A stretch of DNA of 63,815 nt, the filler included. It is 11 parts of 11 records of this genome, joined end to end, with 100 filler letters (N's around TTAATTAATTAA, not from the genome) between each part and the next. Parts side by side here need not be neighbours in the genome. Positions count along the whole stretch, not along the records: positions 24,806 to 28,669 come from SRR15195285_4410; positions 28,770 to 33,081 come from SRR15195285_4413; positions 33,182 to 37,367 come from SRR15195285_4414; 8 more parts are not named here. One strand, given 5' to 3'. The notes beneath the pieces are model-generated. The model did no database searches, was not told the DNA's origin, and saw only the letters and a program-made list of their open reading frames with translations. Positions 24,706 to 36,621 of this stretch are shown here, in pieces (within the stretch, counting starts at the first letter, position 1; each line of letters begins with the position of its first letter). The position numbers and the translations under genes were made by a program.

Positions 24706-24805
24706 NNNNNNNNNNNNNNNNNNNNNNNNNNNNNNNNNNNNNNNNNNNNTTAATTAATTAANNNNNNNNNNNNNNNNNNNNNNNNNNNNNNNNNNNNNNN
24801 NNNNN
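24706..24805. other. Synthetic contig linker
   Basis: Same 100-nt linker; preceded by a (CAGA)n microsatellite. Confidence 0.98.
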
Positions 24806-24901
24806 GCGTGGTTTGGCGCTGAGTGGTGGGTCCTGAATCCTACTTTCCAGTGTCTACGGACTAACGTGCATTTGGGATCTCACGTTGTCTTGGTGTGGCA
24901 G

Positions 24902-25635
24902 GTAGCGTAGATCTTGACGTGTGCATGCAGGACGGACTGCAACAGAGTGTTGCTTTGGCAAGAGGAGTCCAGGAAAATGCACACGGAGCCGACTCTCAAC
25001 GAGGGAGTATCTTGCGCAAGTCCGATGAGCTACTTCACAAGGCGATGTTGATGGGAGCCGAGACGGTGGGGGAGTTGAACGCGGAACGCGTGAGTCGCTC
25101 GTTCTGTCTGTGAAGTTTTCGTTTCATCGATTTTCGCGACACCGTTCAGCTCACTCCGTCACATGTCGTGCGTAGGCTGCGGTCGAAGAGGCCCTGGCAC
25201 TGCGTCTATCTGTTCTTCACCCGCTTAGTATGAAGGTCAACGAAGCGGTGAAAGCGGCTCTCCAGGTACATACTAGTATCCCTGCTTTCCCCTCGTGCTG
25301 GCTCCGGCTGTCATCTCCTTGACTTTGTAGTTGTGCTGCAGACGACGCTTGCCGTGGGTGACTTCAAAGCAGCCTGCTCCCATGCCGCTCACGGAGTGAA
25401 TTTTGCGCGTGCTGCGTATGCACACGTTCCGTTCCATCCACACGTTGGGCTGCAGCGATACACGCTCGGTCAATTGATGTGTGAGGTTGCGACAACAGCA
25501 TCTGCACTGCGGGATGGCTGCGATGAGTTGGCCGCTGCCACAGAGGCTCTGCGTGTGGCCTGTGGCGAAGGCAGCGAGCTGGCACGTGGCGCGGCCGACC
25601 TGCTGGAGCATCACAAAAGCAGGCTGAGCAGATGA
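24902..25635 (+). CDS. 3' exons of a SMYD-family (SET/MYND) methyltransferase, C-terminal TPR-like domain
   Basis: Introns 25090-25175 and 25266-25341. Spliced product contains VLHPLS, AY..VPFHPHVGLQRYTLGQL and ALRVACGEGSEL. The SET domain itself is not in the window. Confidence 0.6.
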
Positions 25636-25744
25636 GGCGGCCCTGGGCAGGTTTTCGGCAAATCCAAGAACCACCTTCAATCAACTGCAATTCTCCCCCA
25701 ACCGCTGCATGCAGTACCACCTCTCGTAGCATCCGTTTACACTT

Positions 25745-28669
25745 TTAGTGCAGAGCTTTGAATCCACTCTTAACGTTGTACCGTGATGTGGCATTCAATT
25801 GGAACACGGCAGCTTCCCACGGCAGCGGCTCCAAGCCCCGCGCCCCGCGAATTCGCGCGAGAGCAGCTGGGGCAGATTTGTGCTGTGGTGTGCTTGAGTT
25901 CTCGTGCTCGAACTCCAGCGTTGTACGAAGCGCAAGCGACTTCACGATCTTCGGAGGAATGGTCATTGTATCCAGAGGAGGGAGGTTTATCACGCCCTGG
26001 CCCACTTGCTGCTGACTTGCAGATGGGATAGCTTGGGGTGCTACACATTTTACCACGTTGTTGCTCTTGCTGCTGCTACTATTTCCTGCAGCCTCGCGTC
26101 GGGCAGCATTGAGCGATATCCTGACAGTGCTTGTTCCACCGAACTGACCATGATTGCCCGTGAACGGCATTGTGTTGTGCATACTTGGTGGCGCGGAGAC
26201 TGCCCCTGTACCCCGCGTGTAGCGTGCCTTCGTGGTGCTTCGGCCCATCTTGTATGGCTGCCTCTGCTCCCTGTCTGATTGCTGGGCACCCAGGGACTGT
26301 CGTCCGCCCTTTCGGTTGCGCCTGAGTTTTTGGCGTCGGCGTCGGCGTCCTCGACTCTTAGTAACATCCAGGTCGTCAGTGTCGTCGCTCAGCCCAGCAA
26401 CAACCAGCTGGTCTCCATCAGGTGCTAGTACAGTCGCATCGTCAAACATCACGTTCGGAAGCGTGTGTTTCCGAGTTTCCTGGTCACGGAGATTCATCTC
26501 TCTCATGACCTTGCCTAGCCACGCCAAGGCACGGCCGCGGCCGAACGAGTCGGAGACACGCAGCATCGAGCGTAGATGATTCCACTCCGCCAGTTGCTGC
26601 GGCGTCAGCCGGCTTGCGTCGAACTCCATCCACTGCTGCTCGCGAGCAGCGGTCGCCGTCTGTTTAGACAGCCACTGCTGCCTTGCCAAGGCTTGCGCAG
26701 AGCCGCCTTGCGTCAGCTCCGAGGTCGCCACCTGGATGGCTGCGGCCTGCTGGGACACTATTCGCCGTCGCGCACGGCGTTCCTCGCGCTCTTGCTGGCG
26801 CAGCAGATAGACTTCCGCGGGGGAGAGTTTGTTGTGGCTGAGCTCGCCCATGTCATGCGTGGTAATTGGACGGTACAGCTCGTACGTGCCTTGTGCGTCG
26901 CCATCCTGATCATGACCCTGTGAGTAGTCACTATTGCGCAGTGATTCCATGGTTGATTCGATCAGCTTTAACAGCGCCTTCAAGCGGATCCGAATCCGCT
27001 CCTTGTCGGTCGTACTCAGTACTGCTGAACCAGCCATGCCGTTCAGCAACTCCTCCTCAGCTTTGTACACATTCAGCTTGTCTTTCATCAGCTGCCTCCG
27101 CTCAGTGGCAATTTCTGATAATCTCTTACCGATTTCCGCCTCTTCATCGGCGCTGAGACCGCCTGCAGCAAGGCGCCGTAGCAGCTCGGCCTCTTCTGCC
27201 CCAAGCGCCGAAAGCTCATGCTGTAGTTCTGTGAGATGCGCCGTGAAACCAAGCTGCTTGATCTGCAGTTGCAGCGCTGAGCGTTCCTCATCGCTTAGGC
27301 CCTCATTGCTGTCAAGACGACGTTGCAGCTCGGCTATCTGTGCCGCAAGCCGGGCCTGTTCGTGTTCAGTCTGGGCAGTCGCTCGAGCCACAGAGACTTC
27401 GTATCGTTGGGCGAGCAGACTTGCTCGCTCGGTGGAAATATGCGCCAACCGCGCGCGGATAGCTGCCTCTTCTTCTGCCGAAAGACCTCCTTCAGCAAGC
27501 CTTCGTAACAGCTCTGCCTGCTCCTCGTCAAGGGCACTCAGCTTGCTATCGATCACTGCGAGCTCCAGCGCAAATTTTGCGTCCACCGCGTCTGCGGCAG
27601 CCTGCGCCTGCTCGGCCAGAATCTCTGCATGCTGCTGCAGCAACTGCTCACGCTCCCGGGTAATTGCCTCGAGACGGCGGCGAATTGCGTCCTCTTCCTC
27701 AGCTGTCAGCTCACCGCTGGCCAGCCGACGCAGCAGGTCAGCCTCTTCGACATCTATCGCACTCAGCCTCTGGTTCAGCGATGCGAGCTTTACTTGAAAC
27801 TGATTGTCTTCCAAGCGTGCCTTCAATTCCAAACGCTCTCCAGCTATCGCGTCCAGTCGTGCACGGACAGCAGCTTCTTCCTCAGCAGTAAGCTCACCGG
27901 AATCAAGGCGTCGTCGTAGCTCCGCCTCCTCTGCATCCAGATCTTCCAGTCTGCGCGTGAGCTCTGCTGCCTCCGCCGCGAGCTCGTCTGTTTCACGCAG
28001 CAGTCGCTCAGCCTCAACTTGCTGCGCTCGTCTCTGCGCTTCGGCATCTGCTTGCTGCTGCGCAAGCTCCTTCTGCTGCTCTACATGCAGCCGCCTTGCC
28101 TCCTCTGCAGCCGCAAGCACTTCAGCCGCCGCCGCCTCTTGCGCCTCCTGAAAGCTCCGGGCTTCCTCTCGCATCTTCTCAAACTTATCGCCAACTGCTT
28201 CGACATTACCGACCTTGTGGAAACGGTAGTGGTCACCTTCGTGGAAACAAATATTCTCGAATACCCACTCCAGAAATGTGGCATAAGAGAGTTGCTGCTC
28301 GCCAGACCATAATTCCACCAGCTGGTACATTGCATCATAGTACTGTTCTTTCGACAAGCTCTCCGTCACCTTCAGTCCGTAGCGCGCACAGTCTTCCGAC
28401 CAGTCGCTTTGTGCAACAAATCTCTCTTCGTCCTCGTCGAAGTCCTCCACGTCTGAGTTTGCCGTCAGGGTCTTCAAAGTTCGAATATGAGCCTTCAGGT
28501 ACGTCTTGTAATCAACCGACTCACGCCTGCTTCCATCAGGCCCGGTCATCAGTTCCCAGAATTTGTCAAGTGCTAGCACCAGCGGTCCCAAGCGCTGCTC
28601 CCTCGGTAGCATGGATACCACAGTTTCGTAGTCCGCTCGCTCCAGCACGTACAGCTCGCACGGAGTCGC
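25745..28669 (-). CDS. Long coiled-coil repeat protein with an EF-hand-like N-terminal region; 5'-truncated
   Basis: 967-aa ORF with about five copies of LRRLxxGxL(T/S)AEEExAIRxRL. Confidence 0.7.
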   Translation of the reverse strand, partial: ATPCELYVLERADYETVVSMLPREQRLGPLVLALDKFWELMTGPDGSRRESVDYKTYLKAHIRTLKTLTANSDVEDFDEDEERFVAQSDWSEDCARYGLKVTESLSKEQYYDAMYQLVELWSGEQQLSYATFLEWVFENICFHEGDHYRFHKVGNVEAVGDKFEKMREEARSFQEAQEAAAAEVLAAAEEARRLHVEQQKELAQQQADAEAQRRAQQVEAERLLRETDELAAEAAELTRRLEDLDAEEAELRRRLDSGELTAEEEAAVRARLDAIAGERLELKARLEDNQFQVKLASLNQRLSAIDVEEADLLRRLASGELTAEEEDAIRRRLEAITREREQLLQQHAEILAEQAQAAADAVDAKFALELAVIDSKLSALDEEQAELLRRLAEGGLSAEEEAAIRARLAHISTERASLLAQRYEVSVARATAQTEHEQARLAAQIAELQRRLDSNEGLSDEERSALQLQIKQLGFTAHLTELQHELSALGAEEAELLRRLAAGGLSADEEAEIGKRLSEIATERRQLMKDKLNVYKAEEELLNGMAGSAVLSTTDKERIRIRLKALLKLIESTMESLRNSDYSQGHDQDGDAQGTYELYRPITTHDMGELSHNKLSPAEVYLLRQQEREERRARRRIVSQQAAAIQVATSELTQGGSAQALARQQWLSKQTATAAREQQWMEFDASRLTPQQLAEWNHLRSMLRVSDSFGRGRALAWLGKVMREMNLRDQETRKHTLPNVMFDDATVLAPDGDQLVVAGLSDDTDDLDVTKSRGRRRRRQKLRRNRKGGRQSLGAQQSDREQRQPYKMGRSTTKARYTRGTGAVSAPPSMHNTMPFTGNHGQFGGTSTVRISLNAARREAAGNSSSSKSNNVVKCVAPQAIPSASQQQVGQGVINLPPLDTMTIPPKIVKSLALRTTLEFEHENSSTPQHKSAPAALARIRGARGLEPLPWEAAVFQLNATSRYNVKSGFKALH

Positions 28670-28769
28670 NNNNNNNNNNNNNNNNNNNNNNNNNNNNNNN
28701 NNNNNNNNNNNNNTTAATTAATTAANNNNNNNNNNNNNNNNNNNNNNNNNNNNNNNNNNNNNNNNNNNN
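28670..28769. other. Synthetic contig linker
   Basis: Same 100-nt linker. Confidence 0.98.
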
Positions 28770-29594
28770 AGGCATCGACACTAGCGCAGAGCCACGCCCG
28801 CACAGAGAAAGAGACAGAGTGACACGGAGAGACAGAGAGACGCTGTGGCACCTGAGCCAGCTCTGTCTTACGCCTCCCACCGACCGGCAACCGAGGCAGT
28901 CATCCCGCTCGCACAGTGGCGGCGCAAACATAGCGACGCGCAGCAGCGCGAGCGAGGCAAAATCGTCATCGGCGCGGAGGAGCGGCACTTGGTGTCGCCA
29001 CTGTGTACGCGCGTAGCGAGCTGGCTGCCGGCTGCACGCCAGGCGGGCGCCGTAGCACCACACCTCGATGCGTGATAGGATTGACGTCGCAGACTTGTAC
29101 ACGCCAGGACTGTGCTGACTGATCGAAGGCACCACGGACACGCGCCATGCACATCGCATGATATCGAGCGACAATTCGGAGTGTGAGCGCGGGTGGGGTT
29201 TTCCACGTGCTTCGCCTGCTGTGCGTCCAGCCGATCGACCCGTCTCTAGATACTTCCTGGCGGTGCGTTCGCTATGCCTGTCGGCCGCAAGATTCTGGCA
29301 GAGGAGGGGCGCAGCGTGCAACGTGATACAACGGCGCGTTTGGTCTGAAGAAATAGATGGAAAGCAATAGGAACACGTACATGTGACCCCACAGGTACAC
29401 GTAAATAGTGACTGGCGTAGAACAACGAGCGAGTCTGCCGCTACCTGTTCTCAGCGCGCCGTGCCCTTTTCGCTACGAGATCAACAGGGATATCTATCTA
29501 CCTGTTGCTTGCCTCCGCTTGCCTCTTGTATGCAACTTCAGCTTGCTCAAATAGATATAGCTCATAATCCACAGAGTAACAGACTGTGCCCGTC

Positions 29595-31976
29595 TTAGCT
29601 CGAAGCTGTCGTCTGCCACCACTCGTTGTCGTCTTGGCTCATCGCTCGCGTTTTCCGTAGCAAAGAGAAGAAGTCCGCGTCATCGTCCTCTGCAATGTCC
29701 TCACCCTTCACAACACAAACCACTCTGTCAGATTTGCGTTGCACCTACTCACAGAGAAACTAATCATTCCGCTCCTACCGCTTCCTTCCGGTGCTTCCGA
29801 TCCTTCGCGGCGTGGTCACTGCGCATCTTCTCGGCCCGCATTTTCGAACGCTGACACAACCACCATCGCGACAGAAAACAGTCAGCACTCCTACAGAACA
29901 TCTCCCAAGCCTTGCAGAATGGCGATCCGGAGCTTCCTTGCGTCCGGCAAGTGCTTGGCCTACCTGCAAGTGCCCCAAGAACTTCACCTCTCGGTCCGTG
30001 AGGTCCGGATGCCAAATGTCGACAATGAGGGTGATCCGAGTCTCTGCCCCATCGTGCCACGCCTCGTGCTCGAACGAATCATCAAACGCCATCGCCTTGC
30101 CTGCCACAACGTCACGCGTGTCGTCGGCGACGCGCAAGCGCGAACCATCTGTCCCCACCAACGGCAAATGCAACCGCAGCTTTTTGTTGGTAGGACCATG
30201 GCTGTTGACAGCCAGATAAGAAGCACATCACCGTGCAGTGACAATCACACGCGTGCCGGACAGCCGCACCAGCGCGTGAGAAAATGCGTCGTTGAGCTGC
30301 ACAGACATGAACGAAGAACGGGACAACACATCGTGCTCACTGTTTCGTGATGTGGGTACCAGGGGACAGTGCTGAGAAAAATGCATGTCCATACGCCCGA
30401 CCCCTGCGCGCCGAGACGCAACACGCAACTTGTATCACGAAAATCACAGATCTGTGTGTTGACAGCATTTTGAGTTCAACCACAGCACACAACCAGGTGC
30501 GTAGCACAGCAAAGGGTATGAGCATGTGTGTGTGGATGCGTGGTTGCGCAATAGCTGCAAGCCACGCTGGCACTTGCCAACACGACAAGCTGAAGCATCC
30601 CGCAGCTGTGGCAAAGCTTGAAAGTGGTGTTCAGCTGATATTGATTTGACTACCATCATCCGGCATGTCAAATACGCAGAAATACAGCATGATGCATGCA
30701 GCAAATGCCAAGCAACGCCGCTGGGGAGCAGACGCTACGGCATAAAGTGTGCGGTGCAATGATCTAGGGCTGGGGGTGAAGAAAACCCCGACAGGCAAAC
30801 CACGCTGGATGACATAGGCGTGATTCAGACCCGCTTCCATGCCCAATTGCGACAGAGTGCTGTGCTAGGTAGAACGTGTGGAGTCATGCGGCGCAGCACA
30901 GCCTAGAGATCTACAGTGAACGTCAGTACGCACGCCGGTATGGTAGACCGCAGCAGCTCGACGGTTTTCGGACATCGTTTCGAATTCTCGTCAGTGAACT
31001 CCGCTGCTTCGTGTAGTTGCAGGTAAAAGATGTTCCTATCACGCCCCAACAATCAGCCAAAAAAACAAGTCACGCACAGCCTCTGGAGATAGCACTGAAA
31101 AATTGGAAGCCTTTTGAATGAATCGCGGCGCACCACTTTCCACGGTCAGTGGAGACCTTGCCAACGCCGTCTGCAGCGACCTCACCACCCTATCACCCGT
31201 ACACGTCGACACATTCAAGTCATAGTCAGAGTTTGCGTGGCGCCTGAAGATCACGGATGATCCCAGATTGGCGCGACACTACCTGCAAGCCCAGAGCGCT
31301 CAACTACCGCCCGGACGGGTCACGCTCGTGTCCTTCGGAACGTGTGAGTGAATCATCTTACCGCCCAGCTCGGCGCGCGGTACGGCTGGAAAACTCCGTG
31401 GCCGCGTAGCTGCATGAGCTCCGACACAACATCAGAGAGACCTTCCTGCTCCGTTCAGTGCCTACGTCAGACTGTTCCATCGACGGAGAGCTCACTGTAG
31501 AACACGGCGCTGGGCGGAGCACGAACCTGCAGCTTGGGCAACCAGTCCAGTTGGGCGGAGGACCACCATGGCAGGGCGCGGAGCTTCGGGATGATCTCGG
31601 GGCAACCGCTCTGCCATGGTGACAGCGGAGGCGACCTCTTCCGCCCCTGCATTCGATGTAGGAACCACACCTGTACGCGATGCAGAGATTTGCCTTTCAC
31701 AGGATGTCCCATCTCTTTGATCCATAGCCTCGCGGCGCCCTGCGATAGCAAGCCATGCAGCAGCGTGCCGTGAGAGCTGCACGCGCGGCCTGGGCTGCCC
31801 AGTGTCGTACCCACCATCGCCATTTTGGATAGGTTGTACTCTCTGAGGATCTCTTCCGCCTTCTCCCAGTAGACTCTCTCTTCCTCCGTCGGCTCGTCAT
31901 CCGACGAGGAGGAGGATGAGCAGGACGGCGGAGCCTTGCCCTTCCTCCGGTTTGGCCGTGCCTGTGTAGAGGCCAT
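29595..31976 (-). CDS. Aspartyl/asparaginyl beta-hydroxylase-domain (2OG-Fe) protein; multi-exon
   Basis: Spliced motifs IIPKLRALPWW, NIFYL, RCPKT, AFFSALSPGTHITKHHGPTNKKLRLHLPL, FDDSFEHEAWH and RITLIVDIWHPDL. Stop TAA at 29595-29597. Not all exon boundaries were resolved. Confidence 0.85.
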
Positions 31977-32329
31977 GGTGGTCGCAGCCGTCGCGGTGAA
32001 GGCGGGTTCGGTCGCTGCAGGGGCGGCGCTCCACTGATAGTGGCGCCCGATGCGCTCTCTCGTCGCGCGCCCAGCGGCTGAGACGCCGAGTGCTGCTCGC
32101 GGCTACATGGCGGCAGCGATGGCTCAGCCGGGCGCAGCGGGGCAGCCCAGCAGCGGTATCACAGGCGGAGGGAGCGTAACAACACGCTGCCAGCACAACG
32201 TCTCACGTACCCGCAGCCTCTCGTACGGCACGAGCTCCACGTCCGCGTGTGTGGCCGCCGCCGTCGTCGCTGCTGCCACGGGGCGGTCTCGGCGAACCTG
32301 CCACACCCTGCTCCCGGACAAAGCACTCT

Positions 32330-32475
32330 CAGAGACAGACAGGCCGGCAGGCAAGATACAGACATAGAGAGAAACGCAGACAGGGAGGCAGACACAGACA
32401 GACAGGGAGGCAGGGAGGCTGACATGCACACACACACAGAGAGATAGAGAGAGAGATAGAGAGAGACGCAGACAC
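32330..32475. repeat. Compound GA/CAGA/CA microsatellite
   Basis: Runs of AGAGACAGAC, CACACACA and GAGAGATAGA. Confidence 0.8.
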
Positions 32476-33081
32476 ACCGAGGCAGTGGCAGAGAGGGTGT
32501 GCAGTGCCATGATAGCCACGAGGCTCTCACCCCAGCGCGTCGCCTGGCAGCGCCGCAATGACACCTCCATACCGCTCCTCCCCTCCCACACTGCCCTCGA
32601 GCACCCAGACGCTCATCCCCTTAGCGAAGTACGCCTCGGCCATGCTCCAGCCGCGCAGATGCGCGGAGGGGGCGGCCACGGTAGGCTCTGTGCAGTCTAC
32701 GCCATACAGCGTGGGTTTGGTTGGTTCAGGGATTTTTGTTCTCAGGGGAGTCGCAGTCGGTCAGGATTGAGAAGAACAAGGCGAATTTCAGTACTAGATC
32801 TAATCCGATCAAGACACGAGCAGGGCGTCGAGCCGGGCGTCGCCGTGGCTACTGGATTCCTCAGTGAGTTCTCCCAACTACTCAGGGCTAGCCCAGCCTG
32901 ACGAATCAAACCCGCCGAATGGCGACAATCCATTTTCCTGAGCTTTTCTTGAGGAATTCACGAATCGGACAGCGCGGACTGCATTCTATTCCCACTGACT
33001 GAAAATGAGAGTTTATAGTGAAAAAAAATGAGGGAAAGGTATAATAACAATAATAATAGATTAACACACAGATTGGGATGT

Positions 33082-33181
33082 NNNNNNNNNNNNNNNNNNN
33101 NNNNNNNNNNNNNNNNNNNNNNNNNTTAATTAATTAANNNNNNNNNNNNNNNNNNNNNNNNNNNNNNNNNNNNNNNNNNNN
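33082..33181. other. Synthetic contig linker
   Basis: Same 100-nt linker. Confidence 0.98.
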
Positions 33182-35292
33182 AGGAGTGCGATGCGGGGGG
33201 CGCTGACAACGCTCTGTGTTGCGTCCGAAATGTTGACTGTGTTGGGTCTTGGTCTGTTTGTGGTGCTGATTGCGGTGACAAGATCTATACAGTTACAGTT
33301 GCCCAGTCGGGCAACGGCAGTCCTTGCGCGGCTGTTCACGATGCTACCATGTCTTGCGATAATGGTGAGGGTGATTGTCCAGCCTCAGTAGACGCTGATT
33401 TTGAGCCAACATTTGCGTGGTCTGCACCTGGGTTTCTCCAATGTCCTGATGTGTGTGGGCCACGCCCGGATATGGTGCGCCCGGTCGCTTGCTATGGAAG
33501 AGTTGGAGATGTCAGCAATGTTGTGGCGTCATCATTCTGTCTAGACACTGGCCCAAAGCCTTCTTCTACACAAGAGTGTCCGGCGCAGGAGGTTGGCTCT
33601 TCTTGTGACGACGGCTCCGATGCGACAATGAACGATCGATGCACCGCGGAGGGCGCTTGTGTCGGTAAAGTGGCGCTGACTTCCAAGGTGACATTCAACA
33701 TTCCTGCGGAAGACCTCAGCATCCCTGCGGACGACCTAGACGCCAGCCCTCTGGCAATGTCAATCAAAGAGGGTTTACAGCCTGTGCTCAGTGCAGCAGG
33801 CATGGACTGCAGCGTCGATGACATTCAGATACTCGGATTGGCTGCGGGGTCTCTTGTGATCGATTACAGAGTCAACGTGGCAGTTTCACCTGGGTCTACG
33901 ACGGTTTCAGACGGAGTAAAGAACGGCGCAGTCGCTTCGATGGGCAACGTCGCTCTGACTATCCCAGCCGAGGCCACCATCAGTGGAAACGCTCCGGCCC
34001 CTATACTTGCAGGTACGATGACAGTCGAAAGTGATCCCTTCCAGTCGTTTGCATACGCTAGGACTCGCGAATGTTCACCTGGCTCAGACGCATCGGGCGC
34101 AGCATGCACCGTTTCGTGTGGCGCTAACGCCATCGTTGAAGGTGACACTTATGCATGCATCGTGGACGGGCTAGTGGCGTCACCTGGCGACTGTGAGCTG
34201 GCACTAGGACCCGCACCGGTGACGGAGACTGTCTGCTGTGCTGCCACCTCGATATGCCCGGGTGCGCTTGACAGCACAGCGGACGATCTCCTTCGCTCCA
34301 ATCGCGATTCAGGTGAAGATTTGTTGGGCCTGGACCCAGTCCTGCTGACCGCACTTGCAGCGGTCGTGTGCTGCATTCTCGGTGTGGGGCTGGCCACCGT
34401 CTGCCTCTACTGCTTCTGCTTCGCGCACGACGACCATGAGGACGACAGTTGCGACGACAGTCACGACGAGGAGGATATGGCGTGGAAGGGAGCTGGAACC
34501 CCAACTGCAAGCGTCGACCACGGATATCCACAGCAGCATGCTGACGAGGGAGTGCCCCCTGCGGTACCACAAGTGGATGCAACGGCTCTTGAGAAGGCCA
34601 TGCGGTTAAAAAGTCTGCTTGAGCAGGTGAACGCGGGGTCGAACATGGGAGAAGCAGGATACAGCGAGCAGGACGAACAGGCCGCACAGCTGGTGCAGAC
34701 ACGGAATGCGCTGCGTCAGCATAACGCAGGCGTGGCTGCGGCGGCAACAGAAGCGGGCGAAGAGGATGAGCTGGGAGAGGTTGACGGGGATCATATGCAT
34801 GCGGTGGCAGACAGGGCCGAGAATGCGTGGGGCAAGTTGCGGGCTAGTCCGGCTTCCGCCGTCGCTTGGGGCATGGCCTCCGGAAACGACACGCAGCCTG
34901 CCGAGACGAGCAAGGCCGCGCTTGTGGCCAGTTGGATGCAGCACAGCGCAGATACTCCTCCGCCACGGGACCCAGCCCCGCGCGCGGCTGCGCCGAGCGT
35001 TGTGGAGGCGACTTTCGGGCCCGGGCCGCTGGGAATCAAGTTCGGCAAGCAGCGAGTCAAGAGTGGCGGAGCGGAGCCCGAGTGGCAGGCGGTGTGCGTG
35101 GCCCAAATTTTCCCTGGACAGCAAGCGTCGCAAATAGAGGGGCTGAGACAGGGCATGGCGATCCTGAAAGTGAACGGGAAGGACGTGAAAGGGCTCCCCA
35201 CGCGGGAGGTGATGCGCGCGCTCACGCACAGTGAGCCGCCTAGGCCACTTGATGTGACGTTTGCCTGGCCAGGCAACCAACGCAGGCCTTGA
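33182..35292 (+). CDS. Type I membrane protein: TSP1-like Cys repeats, SEA-like domain, TM helix, cytoplasmic PDZ; 5'-truncated
   Basis: Frame open from the contig start (DCVGSWSVCGADC..QSGNGSPC). SEA-like GSLVIDYRV, TM helix at ~34335-34425, PDZ GPGPLGIKF...GMAILKVNGKDV. Confidence 0.75.
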
Positions 35293-35394
35293 CCTGTGCC
35301 CTTGCGCGCACCCGCACTCCCTCTGTGTCGAATGAAAGACATTATGTACTCTGGGCACGCATCGCATAGCATCTCTCGCAAGCGCACTGCGGCA

Positions 35395-35949
35395 TTACTG
35401 CAGCGGATCGTATATCACCCGCGTTAGCGCGCCGTCTGCAGCCTTGTCGATCTGCGTGAGCATTGAGATCTGCACGACTTCTGCCTCTCCCTGGAACAGC
35501 GTGGCCAGCAGCAGCCCGGCGTTTGCCAGCTTGGACGGCTTGTCCTTCAGCGCGCCGAACTCGATCGCAGCGAGCTCGAAAGCAACGCGGTTGGCCTCCG
35601 TTCTGTCCCAATAGGCCCGCCCGCGGTTGGATACGAGATGCAGAAGCAAGCCGGTTGGAAACAAGTCGAGGGAATTTCAAAGTGGATGGGCGCAAGAGGC
35701 CGAAACCAGCGCGCACCCGTAGTCAGCCACCTCGCTCTCCGCCAGCTCGATGATGTGTCGGGCGTGAGCCATGTCGACCATGTAGCGCAGCTTCCAGTGC
35801 GCACCCGCGAGCGGGGCGGACGAGGTGAAGTCTATGGCCAGCGACAGCGGCGCGTCGAACGGGCAGGGCTCAGCTGGCCGAATGTCGATCGCTGTCGGGT
35901 TGATCTCGACCGCATAGCTGGGCGCTCCAGCCGCACCGCCGCCCTCCAT
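35395..35949 (-). CDS. Divergent ASF1-like (histone chaperone fold) protein; 2 exons
   Basis: Intron 35603-35716 joins PCPFDAPLSLAIDF..HWKLRYMVD to NRVAF..NAGLLLATL..EVVQISM..LTRVIYDP. Size and strand pattern are ASF1-like, but the canonical signature residues differ. Confidence 0.55.
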
Positions 35950-36621
35950 GGCGCCACCCCTTTCGTCCACCTTCTGTTACTGTCCGCCACTCTCCCCAGC
36001 CTGCAGGGCGCCACTGGGAATAGAAGAGATTGGGCGCCCAATGCCAGAGAAGAGCAGCTCGAGAGGAGCACTGCCTGTGCCCCCGCGCTATACGTACGTA
36101 CCCCCGGGCTGCGTGAATACGCACGCGGCCGCGCGCCGCCGCCGCTTCGCCGCGCGCCGCCTGCGGCCGCGCGTGCAGAACTCCGTCAGAACTGCATGCC
36201 GCCTGCGGATGGTCGTCGGCGCGGCGCTAGCGGCGGGCGGCGCGCGAGCGCGCGCGTATATGCTAGTAGCGCTCCCGGACGCAAGGCCATCACAATGTGA
36301 TTCACAGGTCGAGCAACACGCGAGGCAAGCAAGTAAATGTAGCAAGCTCGAAGACCGCGCGTGAAGCCGGCCGCCACTGCCTCGTGCCTGGTCCGAACGA
36401 GTCGACTGCGATGCTGAGCAACGCGCGCGCGGCCGTCGACGCGGCAACTTCTAAACTGGAGGTCGGCATCGGGGACAGGTGTCGCTGTTCCATACTGTGA
36501 AGCACGCTTTCCACTTGCGGTTCGTCCGGACGCTGACGGGGGACGGAGAGTCAAGATACTTACCTTAGGTATGTCGAAATTGACAGCGGCCTCTGGCTGG
36601 CGACGGGTCATTCAGGCGTGA

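Noticed and set aside
26934-27797. Long antisense ORFs (here and opposite other genes)
   Set aside because: Ser/Ala/Arg-rich shadows expected opposite GC-rich coding sequence.
32124-32643. Small Tudor/SH3-like spliced gene
   Set aside because: Donor and acceptor phases could not be reconciled; unsupported.
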